A stretch of 54,991 bases of DNA, from assembly GCA_049969215.1 (NCBI GenBank), contig JBMFPH010000001.1, positions 1 to 54,991 on the forward strand. The letters run 5' to 3'. Shown in pieces: positions 21,140-29,205 of the stretch (positions within the stretch are counted from its first letter, which is position 1; every line of letters starts with the position of its first letter). Made by a program: the position numbers and the translations under genes. This DNA is from Anaerolineae bacterium (lineage in GTDB: Bacteria; Chloroflexota; Anaerolineae; 4572-78; NAK82). The notes under the pieces were generated by a model, which was not told the DNA's origin, did no database searches, and saw only the letters and a program-made list of their open reading frames with translations.

Positions 21140-22177
21140 TCACAGGTTGCCCATTGTCAAAGCCATCACCGCTTTTTGGACGTGCAGGCGATTCTCAGCC
21201 ACTATGTAAATCACAGAGTTGGGACCACTCGCTACCTCGTCGGTCACCTCGTTACCTCGGTCCACCGGCATAGGATGCGTGAAAATGGCATTGTCGGTAC
21301 GTGCCATCTTCGCGGCGTCTAAAGTCCATCCCTGGTGGGAGAGTGCCTTGGCAATCTCTTCTTGCTTTTTGAATTGGCCATCCTGGTACGCGTTGGGGCT
21401 CATCCAGTTGCGCGCGTAGACAATATGCGCGCCGTCCATGCAACGTACCGGGTCGTTTGTGATCTCAAGCGAGGTGCCCCATTCTTGGCAATTTTGTCTA
21501 GTCCAGCTGATCACTTCAGGGTCGAGGTCATAACCCTCCGGACGCGCGATGGTGACATGCATCCCAAAGCGGCTGGCAATCAGAATCGCTTCCTGGACGC
21601 TGCACCAGCTGCGCGCAAGAGCACCTTGTGCCCAAGTGAGCACAAATTTCTTGCCTTGCAGACGACCATAATCTGGTCGCCCCGGTCCTCCGCCGAACCA
21701 TTCTGCCCATCCCATGACATCCGCCAAGCCTTGGAAGGGATGAAAGCGGTCATCGGCCATATTGACGACAGGCACATCTGCCCAATGGGCATACTCCCGC
21801 AGCAGCGCGGTGCCGGCACCGTAATAGGGTACCTTGTCCTCCAGAATGCGAATGCCGATACCACAGGCATAGCGCGACATCACCTTGGCAGCGTCTTCAA
21901 CTGTCTCACCAGCCGTAGTGGCCGTCTTGAGCCGCATGCTCTCCGGCACCAAGAATTGGGCATGACCACCCAGCTCGGTAGCAGCACACTCGAACGATTG
22001 TCGTGTACGTACGGAAGGGTTGTAGAAAAACATGAAAAATGTCTTATGCGCCAGAACCTTTGTCCAGCGCTCAGAGAAACGATCCCGCTTCATACGAGCG
22101 GCCAGTTCGAGTACCTCGTCGAGTTCCTGCTTGCTCCACTCCTGGGTTGTGATGAGATCGCGTCCGTAGAGGTCCAT
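21140..22177 (-). CDS. OTCase-superfamily carbamoyltransferase, divergent paralog (AOTCase/YgeW-like branch)
   Basis: SVRTRQSFE (STRTR-type carbamoyl-phosphate motif), HPFQGLAD, and C-terminal AENRLHVQKAVMALTMG. The usual HCLP motif reads THPMPVDRG. Confidence 0.8.
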   Translation of the reverse strand: MDLYGRDLITTQEWSKQELDEVLELAARMKRDRFSERWTKVLAHKTFFMFFYNPSVRTRQSFECAATELGGHAQFLVPESMRLKTATTAGETVEDAAKVMSRYACGIGIRILEDKVPYYGAGTALLREYAHWADVPVVNMADDRFHPFQGLADVMGWAEWFGGGPGRPDYGRLQGKKFVLTWAQGALARSWCSVQEAILIASRFGMHVTIARPEGYDLDPEVISWTRQNCQEWGTSLEITNDPVRCMDGAHIVYARNWMSPNAYQDGQFKKQEEIAKALSHQGWTLDAAKMARTDNAIFTHPMPVDRGNEVTDEVASGPNSVIYIVAENRLHVQKAVMALTMGNL

Positions 22178-22180
22178 AGA

Positions 22181-23254
22181 TCAGAGTCGCCCTCCCATTG
22201 TCAAGGTCATCACCGCCTTTTGCACGTGTAGGCGATTTTCAGCCTCCTCATACACGGCGGAACGCCACCCCCGTTGTACATCGGTGTTGTCGATCACGTC
22301 ATTGTCGACTTCCCAACCGCGGTCGGCCGGCAGACAATGGAGATAAATCGCCTCATGATCGGCGGTTTCCATCAGACGGCGTGTCATCTTCCAGGTCTTA
22401 TAGCTTTCGTTGATCGCTTTAGCTTTCTGCTCGTCTCCCTCGCCCACTGGGGGTTTGAAGAAACACTTCGGTGCCCATGCCTTTGGATACACTACGTGGG
22501 CATCCTTGAAGGCGCTTTCAAAATCATGTGTGATTGTGAAGGAGGCATTGTTCATCTTAGCATTGGCCTGGCATGCCGCGATCACCTCAGGGTCGAGCTC
22601 GAACTCGGGCGGATGGCACAGCACCGTGTCACAACCCATCATCGAAGCGGCAATGATAGCGCTTTGTGGCACGGCGCGAGGCTTATGAATGCTGGGCGAG
22701 TAAGCCCAACTCATCACAAATTTGATACCCTTGAAGGTGCCAAAACGCTCCCAGGTGGTCAGAATATCGGCCAATGCTTGGAAGGGGTGATACTTATCAT
22801 CTTCCATGTTTAATACCGGGATATCGGCCCAGCGGGCGAACTCACGGATCAGCATATTTGCACCGCCATAAACCCAGTCCACGGGGTCCCCATAACAGCG
22901 AATGGCGATGCCATCGCCCATACGACTCAGCACACGCGCGACATCGGAGACACGTTCGGTAGAGTAAGCCACCTCCTTACCCTCCAACGCTGGTGTGTAA
23001 ATCTTCTCTGGGTCGAGATAGTGTGCGTGACCGCCCAGCTGGGTCATACCAGCCTCGAAGCTGTTGCGTGTCCGCAAGCTTTGGTTATAGAAAATCATGA
23101 ACAGGGTTTTGGCACGCAGCAGGTGATCATGCAGCTCCCCCATAGCATAGCGTCTCTTGAGATCGCGCGCGCAATCGAGAATTGTTTCGATTTCTTCCTT
23201 GCTCCATTCGAGCAGTGTGATGAAATCTTTGCCTTTGAAGCTATCAGTCCTCAT
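22181..23254 (-). CDS. OTCase-superfamily carbamoyltransferase, YgeW/AOTCase-like (knotted type)
   Basis: SLRTRNSFE, HPFQALAD, SWAYSPSIHKP..., HCLPADRG, and C-terminal AENRLHVQKAVMTLTMG. The RBS is AAAGGAGAA. Confidence 0.82.
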   Translation of the reverse strand: MRTDSFKGKDFITLLEWSKEEIETILDCARDLKRRYAMGELHDHLLRAKTLFMIFYNQSLRTRNSFEAGMTQLGGHAHYLDPEKIYTPALEGKEVAYSTERVSDVARVLSRMGDGIAIRCYGDPVDWVYGGANMLIREFARWADIPVLNMEDDKYHPFQALADILTTWERFGTFKGIKFVMSWAYSPSIHKPRAVPQSAIIAASMMGCDTVLCHPPEFELDPEVIAACQANAKMNNASFTITHDFESAFKDAHVVYPKAWAPKCFFKPPVGEGDEQKAKAINESYKTWKMTRRLMETADHEAIYLHCLPADRGWEVDNDVIDNTDVQRGWRSAVYEEAENRLHVQKAVMTLTMGGRL

Positions 23255-23280
23255 AGGTTAGTTCTCCTTTGTCCTATAGA

Positions 23281-23307
23281 GAAAAAGCTACGCTTCAGGC
23301 GTAGCTT
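23281..23307 (-). terminator. intrinsic terminator downstream of tRNA-Leu, immediately upstream of the carbamoyltransferase RBS
   Basis: On the minus strand: AAGCTACGC, loop CTGAA, GCGTAGCTT, then TTTCTCT (stem 23285-23307). Confidence 0.7.
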
Positions 23308-23327
23308 GGCGCTTTGAGGAAGGATTA

Positions 23328-23410
23328 TGCCCCGGAGTGGACTCGAACCACCACGCCCGTTCGGGCACAGGCCCTCAACCTGCCGCGTATGCCAATTCCG
23401 CCACCGGGGC
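23328..23410 (-). tRNA. tRNA-Leu, anticodon GAG, type II (long variable arm), CCA not encoded
   Basis: Hand-folded 83-nt cloverleaf. Acceptor stem GCCCCGG/CCGGGGC with discriminator A and a 3-bp D stem. Anticodon stem GCAGG/CCTGT with loop TTGAGGG. A 14-nt variable arm. T arm GGTGG-TTCGAGT-CCACT. Confidence 0.93.
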
Positions 23411-23425
23411 ATCCTCTCACTTTAA

Positions 23426-23455
23426 ATTATAGCGCCAAATGCTCCTGCTTGTCAA
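23426..23455 (-). promoter_or_regulatory. consensus promoter for tRNA-Leu
   Basis: On the minus strand: TTGACA (complement of 23450-23455), an 18-nt spacer, then TATAAT (complement of 23426-23431). The predicted start is ~9 nt before the mature tRNA 5' end. Confidence 0.65.
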
Positions 23456-23593
23456 AGTTGCGAAGTGCATTTCAATTTTGGGGCGAGTTGGAAATGGCGT
23501 GCCGGGCAGCATCGAAGCGATGCACTATAGCAGAGGACTGGCGACTAAGGCTGCGCCGGGCAAGCTTCCAGCCGGGCGTCCATGCAGATGGAC

Positions 23594-23623
23594 GCTGTCC
23601 GTCCGGTGACGCGGACGGACAGC
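23594..23623. other. 12-bp perfect GC-rich hairpin inside a ~300-nt GC-rich non-coding stretch
   Basis: GCTGTCCGTCCG (23594-23605), loop GTGACG, then CGGACGGACAGC (23612-23623). The adjacent 6-bp hairpin is GTCCAT-GCAG-ATGGAC. Confidence 0.5.
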
Positions 23624-23761
23624 CGCAGGCCTTGCAGGGGCGATTTCAATCGGTTTCCACTGTGCTATTGCCGGTGGCTAGCTTCCCCCTCGCATCCCCG
23701 CCTTCAGTCGCTCGCGCATCTTTCAGCCCTATTTCCTCTCTGGAAATGCCTTCATTTGCTA

Positions 23762-23789
23762 TTGACAGCGGCCCAATTAGTGGTATAAT
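23762..23789 (+). promoter_or_regulatory. near-consensus extended -10 promoter for the catabolic island
   Basis: TTGACA (23762-23767), a 16-nt spacer, then TGgTATAAT (23781-23789). Confidence 0.65.
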
Positions 23790-23810
23790 GTCATATGTAT
23801 GATGTATGAC
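23790..23810 (+). promoter_or_regulatory. operator-like inverted repeat/tandem heptamer abutting the -10
   Basis: GTCATA (23790-23795), a 9-nt spacer, then TATGAC (23805-23810). The same stretch contains ATGTATG twice in tandem (23795-23808). Confidence 0.4.
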
Positions 23811-23895
23811 CGGCAATCCGAGATGATTTGCACTTCCGCCTGATTTTGATGAGAACTGTTACCCCTTTGTTTGACTTGCCTGGAGCAACCCTTCT

Positions 23896-24909
23896 ATGAA
23901 GGCGTTAGTACTAAAGGCATACAACTGTCTGGAATATGGAGAAGTTCCAGATCCGCAAGTTGCGCCAGATGAAGTCCTATTGCGCGTCAAAGCATGCGGT
24001 ATCTGTGGGAGTGATGTACATGGAATCGACGGAAGCACAGGTCGCCGCGTCCCCCCAATTATTATGGGCCACGAGGCAGCCGGCATTATTGCTCAAGTCG
24101 GAGCCGCAGTACCCGAATGGAAGGTTGGTGACCGGGTCACCTTCGATATAACCCTCCACTGTGGGACATGCTACTTCTGTCGGCGCGGTATGTTCAATTT
24201 GTGTAAACAGAGGCGCATTGTAGGGGTGTCCACACCGGGGTTCCGTGTGCATGTTCCCCATCGTGTGTTGTATCGGTTGCCAGATAATCTTTCCTTTGAG
24301 CACGCTGCCATGATGGAGCCCCTCTCCGTGGCAGCGCACGCCATTCAGCTCACCTCGATTACGCTGTACGACACAGCTGTCGTTATCGGCACAGGTGTGA
24401 TTGGTTTGCTGCTTGTGCAGCTGCTGCGGCTGGCAGGATGTGGACAGATTGTCGCTGTGGATGTTGAGCGCGACCGATTGCAACGCGCTCTGGCATTAGG
24501 AGCGGACGTGGCCCTGTTGTCTGACCCGGACAATCTACCAGCTGAGGTGCGTCAGCGTACCGAGGGACGTGGTGCTGATGTTGTTTTTGAGGTGGTAGGT
24601 CTTACGCAAACCGTTCAGATGGCAGTCGAAAGCGTGCGTGAGGGGGGTACGGTAACGTTGATTGGCAACTTGTCACCGGCGGTAGAGCTGCCATTGCAGA
24701 AGGTGGTGACTCGTCAGCTGAAGCTGATTGGCAGCACTAATGCTGCCGGCGAGTCCGAAGCTTGCCTGAGAATGCTGGCCTCCAAAGCAGTGCAGGTAGA
24801 CCCGCTTATCAGCGCTATAGCTCCCCTCTCGGAAGGAGTAGCTTGGTTCCGGCGACTGTATGCACGTGAACTTGGCTTGATAAAGGTTATTCTGGTGCCG
24901 GAGGATTGA
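23896..24909 (+). CDS. zinc-dependent medium-chain alcohol/polyol dehydrogenase
   Basis: CGICGSDVH, GHEAAG, structural-zinc loop CGTCYFCRRGMFNLC, and GTGVIG Rossmann motif. Confidence 0.85.
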   Translation: MKALVLKAYNCLEYGEVPDPQVAPDEVLLRVKACGICGSDVHGIDGSTGRRVPPIIMGHEAAGIIAQVGAAVPEWKVGDRVTFDITLHCGTCYFCRRGMFNLCKQRRIVGVSTPGFRVHVPHRVLYRLPDNLSFEHAAMMEPLSVAAHAIQLTSITLYDTAVVIGTGVIGLLLVQLLRLAGCGQIVAVDVERDRLQRALALGADVALLSDPDNLPAEVRQRTEGRGADVVFEVVGLTQTVQMAVESVREGGTVTLIGNLSPAVELPLQKVVTRQLKLIGSTNAAGESEACLRMLASKAVQVDPLISAIAPLSEGVAWFRRLYARELGLIKVILVPED

Positions 24910-25012
24910 GACATTGGGATCAAGGTGCCTCACCCTTGTTTTCGAGGACACGACTCAAAGCCTGCCCTTCTTAAAGCGGGAAGAATAAACCTGGAGTGGG
25001 AGGAATGCACTG

Positions 25013-25972
25013 ATGGAGATAAGCAGGGAAACGATGTTGGAGATGTATCGCCGTATGGTGCGCATTCGGGAGTTCGAGCTCGCGGCGATTGACCTGTTTA
25101 AGCGCGGTATGGTGAAAGGTGCCATCCACGCCTATATAGGACAGGAGGCATCAGCAGTGGGTGTGTGCATGGCATTGCGCAAGGACGACCTGATTGCCGG
25201 TACACACCGTAGCCATGGTCATAACATTGCTAAGGGCGCTGACACCAAGAAAATGATGGCCGAAATCTTGGGCAAGGAGACCGGCTACTGCAAAGGGCGT
25301 GGTGGTTCGATGCATATTGCTGCTTTTGAGACAGGGAGCTTGGGAGCACTGGCAGTAGTGGGTGCCGGAATCCCCATTGCGGTAGGAGCTGCACTGGCAT
25401 TTAAGCTGCGTGGTGAGGATCGTGTTGCAGTGCCATTTACTGGCGATGCAGGATGCAACACAGGCAATTGGCATGAAGGGTTAAACATGGCCTCGATCTG
25501 GGATCTGCCGGTGGTCTTCGTTCTCGAAAACAATCAGTATGGCGTGTCCACCAGAATCTCCTACAGCTGCAAGATCTCAGATCTTTCCTTGCGTGCCCAG
25601 TCGTATGGCATACCCGGTGTGCGCGTTGACGGCTTCGACGTACTCGCCGTGTATCAAGCTGCTAAGGAGGCGGTGGAGCGCGCGCGCCGTGGTGAAGGGC
25701 CTACTTTGCTGGTGACCGAGTCATATCGCTTCGAGGGACACTACGCCGGCGAGCCAGAGGTCTATCGTGACCGGGCAGAGGTACAGGAGTGGCGCAAGAA
25801 AGATCCCATCCCGCGTTTCCGCAATTACCTGCTTGAGCAAGGAATGGCGAGTGACGGTGAGCTGGCCGCGATCGAGGCCGAGGTGAAACAAGAGATCGCT
25901 GATGCGGTGAGGTTCGCTCAAGAGAGCCCACAACCCGATCCGGCTACGGCGATGGACTATATTTACGCTTGA
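25013..25972 (+). CDS. TPP-dependent 2-oxoacid/acetoin dehydrogenase E1 alpha subunit (copy 1)
   Basis: ...HAYIGQEA..., GGSMH, and the TPP motif reading GDAGCNTG...ENNQY. It is collinear with AcoA/PdhA-type proteins. Confidence 0.88.
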   Translation: MEISRETMLEMYRRMVRIREFELAAIDLFKRGMVKGAIHAYIGQEASAVGVCMALRKDDLIAGTHRSHGHNIAKGADTKKMMAEILGKETGYCKGRGGSMHIAAFETGSLGALAVVGAGIPIAVGAALAFKLRGEDRVAVPFTGDAGCNTGNWHEGLNMASIWDLPVVFVLENNQYGVSTRISYSCKISDLSLRAQSYGIPGVRVDGFDVLAVYQAAKEAVERARRGEGPTLLVTESYRFEGHYAGEPEVYRDRAEVQEWRKKDPIPRFRNYLLEQGMASDGELAAIEAEVKQEIADAVRFAQESPQPDPATAMDYIYA

Positions 25973-25991
25973 TGGAGCAGGAGACGAACCA

Positions 25992-27068
25992 ATGGCCACA
26001 GTCGAAAAGGACGCTGTATCATTGGGTGTGACCAAGCCCACCATGTCCCCCGATCTCATTGTACAGGTTCCACCGGGTGTGCCTGCCAAGGAGATGTCCT
26101 ATCAGGAAGCAATCCGCGAGGCGTTGCGTGAGGAGATGATGCGCGATCCCAGCGTTTTCTTGCTGGGTGAGGATATAGGCAAGCATGGAGGCGCCTTTGG
26201 GGTGACGCGCACGTTGTATGACCAGTTCGGCCCAGAGCGCGTGCGCAACACCCCTATTTCGGAAAACACTATCGCTGGTGCCGCCATCGGTGCCGCATTG
26301 GTGGGCATGCGGCCTGTGGCGGAGATCATGTTCGTCGATTTCTCCGGACTGGCAATTGACCAAATCGCGAATCAAGCGGCCAAGCTACGTTTTATGACAG
26401 GTGGGCAGTGCAAGGTGCCTATGGTGGTGCGCATGCCCCAAGGCGGCGGCGCCGGCAAGAGCACAGCCGCACAACACTCTCAGAGCTTGGAGGTATGGTA
26501 TGCTCACATCCCTGGCTTAAAGGTGGTTTTTCCCTCCACACCCTATGACGCCAAGGGGCTGCTCAAAGCAGCGATTCGGGATGACAACCCTGTCGTTTTC
26601 TTGGAACAAAAGTTCCTCTACTCATTTCGCGGTCTGGTGCCCGAAGAGGACTATGTACTTCCTCTGGGTAAGTGCGATGTCAAACGCCAGGGTTCCGATG
26701 TCACCGTGGTTGCTTCCGGCTACATGGTGTGGCACGCCATGGCCGCTGCAAAGCAGCTGGAACAAGAAGGTATCAGCGTCGAGGTGGTGGATGTATGCAC
26801 CATCAGCCCGTTGGACGAAGAGACAATCGGGCGCTCTGCCCGGAAGACGGGGCGGGCAGTGGTGGTAGCGGAAGCGGTGCGTTCTTACGGGCCGGCCAGT
26901 GAATGGGCTATGGTGATCATCGAGCAAGCATTCGACTACCTCAAAGCTCCCATCGTGCGTCTGACAGGGCGTTTCTCCCCTGTGCCCTTTGCCGATAGCA
27001 TTGAAAAGGGCTTCTGGCCAGATACTGAAGACGTGATGCAGGCAATTCGTAAGGTGATGAGCTACTGA
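25992..27068 (+). CDS. E1 beta subunit (copy 1)
   Basis: GEDIGKHGGAFGVTRTLYDQFG, NTPISEN, and a C-terminal transketolase-C-like domain. It has a ~34-aa N-terminal extension relative to copy 2. ATG 25992 has a well-spaced GGAGCAGGAG. Confidence 0.88.
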   Translation: MATVEKDAVSLGVTKPTMSPDLIVQVPPGVPAKEMSYQEAIREALREEMMRDPSVFLLGEDIGKHGGAFGVTRTLYDQFGPERVRNTPISENTIAGAAIGAALVGMRPVAEIMFVDFSGLAIDQIANQAAKLRFMTGGQCKVPMVVRMPQGGGAGKSTAAQHSQSLEVWYAHIPGLKVVFPSTPYDAKGLLKAAIRDDNPVVFLEQKFLYSFRGLVPEEDYVLPLGKCDVKRQGSDVTVVASGYMVWHAMAAAKQLEQEGISVEVVDVCTISPLDEETIGRSARKTGRAVVVAEAVRSYGPASEWAMVIIEQAFDYLKAPIVRLTGRFSPVPFADSIEKGFWPDTEDVMQAIRKVMSY

Positions 27069-27076
27069 TCTCACTT

Positions 27077-27943
27077 TTGGGCAGGGTGAGGGAGCAATTG
27101 ATCAAGATCGCTGCCACGATCGGCACACCCGATTTGCGCATGGAAACCCTGGCACTCTACAGCGGAGATGTTGCCACAGCGCTGCGCAAGGTGGCCGCGC
27201 TTGGGTACGATGGTGTTGAGTTCATGATGCGCGATCCCACCCAGCTGGATGGCACTAAGCTACGCCATTGGCTGGATGAATACAACTTGGAGCTGGCAGC
27301 CATCTGTACCGGCCATGTGTATGGCGAAGACGGCCTGGGTCTGGTGAATCCTGATGTGCAGGCGTGTCGACAGGCGATGCAGCGCATGAAGTCCATTGTC
27401 GACTTCGCAGCAACCCACTTTGAAAGAGGGACGATTGTCACGATTGGCCGCTCGCGAGGCCCTGGGTATGCAGACGATCCAGAGAGATCGTTAGCAGAGA
27501 TGGAAGCTGCCTTTGGTGAGTTGGCTGATTACGCTGCACCACGGGGGGTTCGGTTGGTGCTCGAGCCGATCAATGTGCACCAAGCACGCTATATTCACAC
27601 CACTCAAGAAGGCATCGCGATGGTGAAACGGGTCAATCGCCCTAATTTTGGCCTGATGCTGGATGTTTATCATATGAACATCGAGGACGTGAACATCTAC
27701 GACAGCTTTCGTGAGGCAGACGGCCTGTGCTGGTTCGTGCACTTTGCCGATAACAATCGTCGTTGGCCGGGCAGTGCCCATCTCAACTTCGAGGAGATCG
27801 TGCGTGTTCTCAACGAAATAAGGTACTCAGGTTATGTATCGACGGAGATTCTGCCGTGGCCCGATCCCGATACAGCAGCACGTGCCACGATTGAGTCGCT
27901 ACGACGCTACATCCCCAGTAGAACCAGGCAAAATGGGCAATGA
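27077..27943 (+). CDS. xylose-isomerase-like TIM-barrel sugar (phosphate) isomerase/epimerase (paralog of 40567-41382)
   Basis: ...LMLDVYHMNIED... and HFADNNRRWPGSAHLNF motifs are shared with the paralog. The exact start is uncertain (TTG 27077, GTG 27086 or TTG 27098). Confidence 0.8.
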   Translation: MGRVREQLIKIAATIGTPDLRMETLALYSGDVATALRKVAALGYDGVEFMMRDPTQLDGTKLRHWLDEYNLELAAICTGHVYGEDGLGLVNPDVQACRQAMQRMKSIVDFAATHFERGTIVTIGRSRGPGYADDPERSLAEMEAAFGELADYAAPRGVRLVLEPINVHQARYIHTTQEGIAMVKRVNRPNFGLMLDVYHMNIEDVNIYDSFREADGLCWFVHFADNNRRWPGSAHLNFEEIVRVLNEIRYSGYVSTEILPWPDPDTAARATIESLRRYIPSRTRQNGQ

Positions 27944-27954
27944 GGTAAACGCCT

Positions 27955-29109
27955 ATGACTGAGATGAGATCGCGTGCACGTGTCTGGGCTGCTGTCAATC
28001 ATCAGGAGCCCGACCGTGTTCCACTGGATATCGGTGGCGGGAACAGCACCACGATAGTGGTGGAGGGCTACGAGCAGCTGAAACAACGCCTGGGCGTCAG
28101 AGCACCAACGAAGGAGATGAACAAAGCATTCCGCCTGGCCCGCCTGGACGAGCAGGTGATGCAACAGCTTGGGAGTGACTGTCGGCCATTGCTGATGAAA
28201 GGGCCGCTGTACTGGACACCCCCACCGTCGCCTCCGGACACTTTTGTGGACATCTGGGGGATCACCTGGAGAAAGGCAAAATACGGGGACGGTTGCTACT
28301 ACTGGGAGCTGGCAGGCCACCCGCTCGCAGAAGCTGACGTCGGCGATCTGGATCGTTATCCGTGGCCCGACACGGATGACCCGGGTTACACGCACGGGCT
28401 TGCCGATGAGGCGCGCGACCTGTACGAGAACACGAGCTATGCCATAATGGCCGATCCTGTCTTCAAGAGCTTCTGGGAGCTTGGGTATATGTTGCGTGGC
28501 CTGGAACAGTTTCTTGTGGATCTGGTCACAGCGCCTGAGTTTGTCACGGCACTCCTGGAAAGACTGCTCATCATCAACGCGAGGATGACCAGCCGTTTTC
28601 TAAATGCCGTGGGGCCTTACATCCAGGTATTTCGGATCGCCGACGATCTGGCAACCCAACGGGGGCCTCTCATGTCGCCTCACACATTTCGTCAGCTGCT
28701 CAAACCTTTCTACAAGCGCTACATAGACTTTGTGAAATCGAAGACACCGGCCAAGATTTTCTTCCATAGTTGTGGCAATGTAACCGAATTGCTTGACGAC
28801 CTGATCGACGTCGGGGTGGAAATCATCAATCCGGTGCAGGTATCCGCGATGGGTGATACCGCTGCTCTCAAAGCACGCTTTGGTGACCGCCTCACATTTT
28901 GGGGTGGCATTGATACCCAGCATGTATTGCCTCATGGCACTCCGGCCGATGTAGAGGCAGAAGTGCGCCGGCGCATCTATGATCTCGCACCGGGAGGAGG
29001 CTATGTTGCCGCCGCAGTGCACAATATCCAACCCGATGTTCCGCCCCAGAATGTCATTGCGATGGCGGAGGCAGTGCGCAAGTATGGCGTCTATCCACTT
29101 AAGACGTGA
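27955..29109 (+). CDS. uroporphyrinogen-decarboxylase (URO-D) family protein of unknown function
   Basis: IADDLATQRGPLMSP...FHSCGNV...INPVQ pattern typical of URO-D/MtaA-like TIM barrels. No other haem-pathway genes are present. Confidence 0.75.
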   Translation: MTEMRSRARVWAAVNHQEPDRVPLDIGGGNSTTIVVEGYEQLKQRLGVRAPTKEMNKAFRLARLDEQVMQQLGSDCRPLLMKGPLYWTPPPSPPDTFVDIWGITWRKAKYGDGCYYWELAGHPLAEADVGDLDRYPWPDTDDPGYTHGLADEARDLYENTSYAIMADPVFKSFWELGYMLRGLEQFLVDLVTAPEFVTALLERLLIINARMTSRFLNAVGPYIQVFRIADDLATQRGPLMSPHTFRQLLKPFYKRYIDFVKSKTPAKIFFHSCGNVTELLDDLIDVGVEIINPVQVSAMGDTAALKARFGDRLTFWGGIDTQHVLPHGTPADVEAEVRRRIYDLAPGGGYVAAAVHNIQPDVPPQNVIAMAEAVRKYGVYPLKT

Positions 29110-29205
29110 GCATGAGGGGTGCGTTCGCGTCAAAGAGTTATAGAACAAAGACTTGAGGTCGTCAGTGTGTTCTTCTATGATACTTCATCTTGAACGGAGG
29201 AGGGG

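Noticed and set aside
23314-23802. A 162-aa plus-strand ORF and a 68-aa ORF in the tRNA/intergenic region.
   Set aside because: The first runs antisense through the tRNA-Leu gene and its promoter. Both are Arg/Pro/Cys-rich and have no start context.
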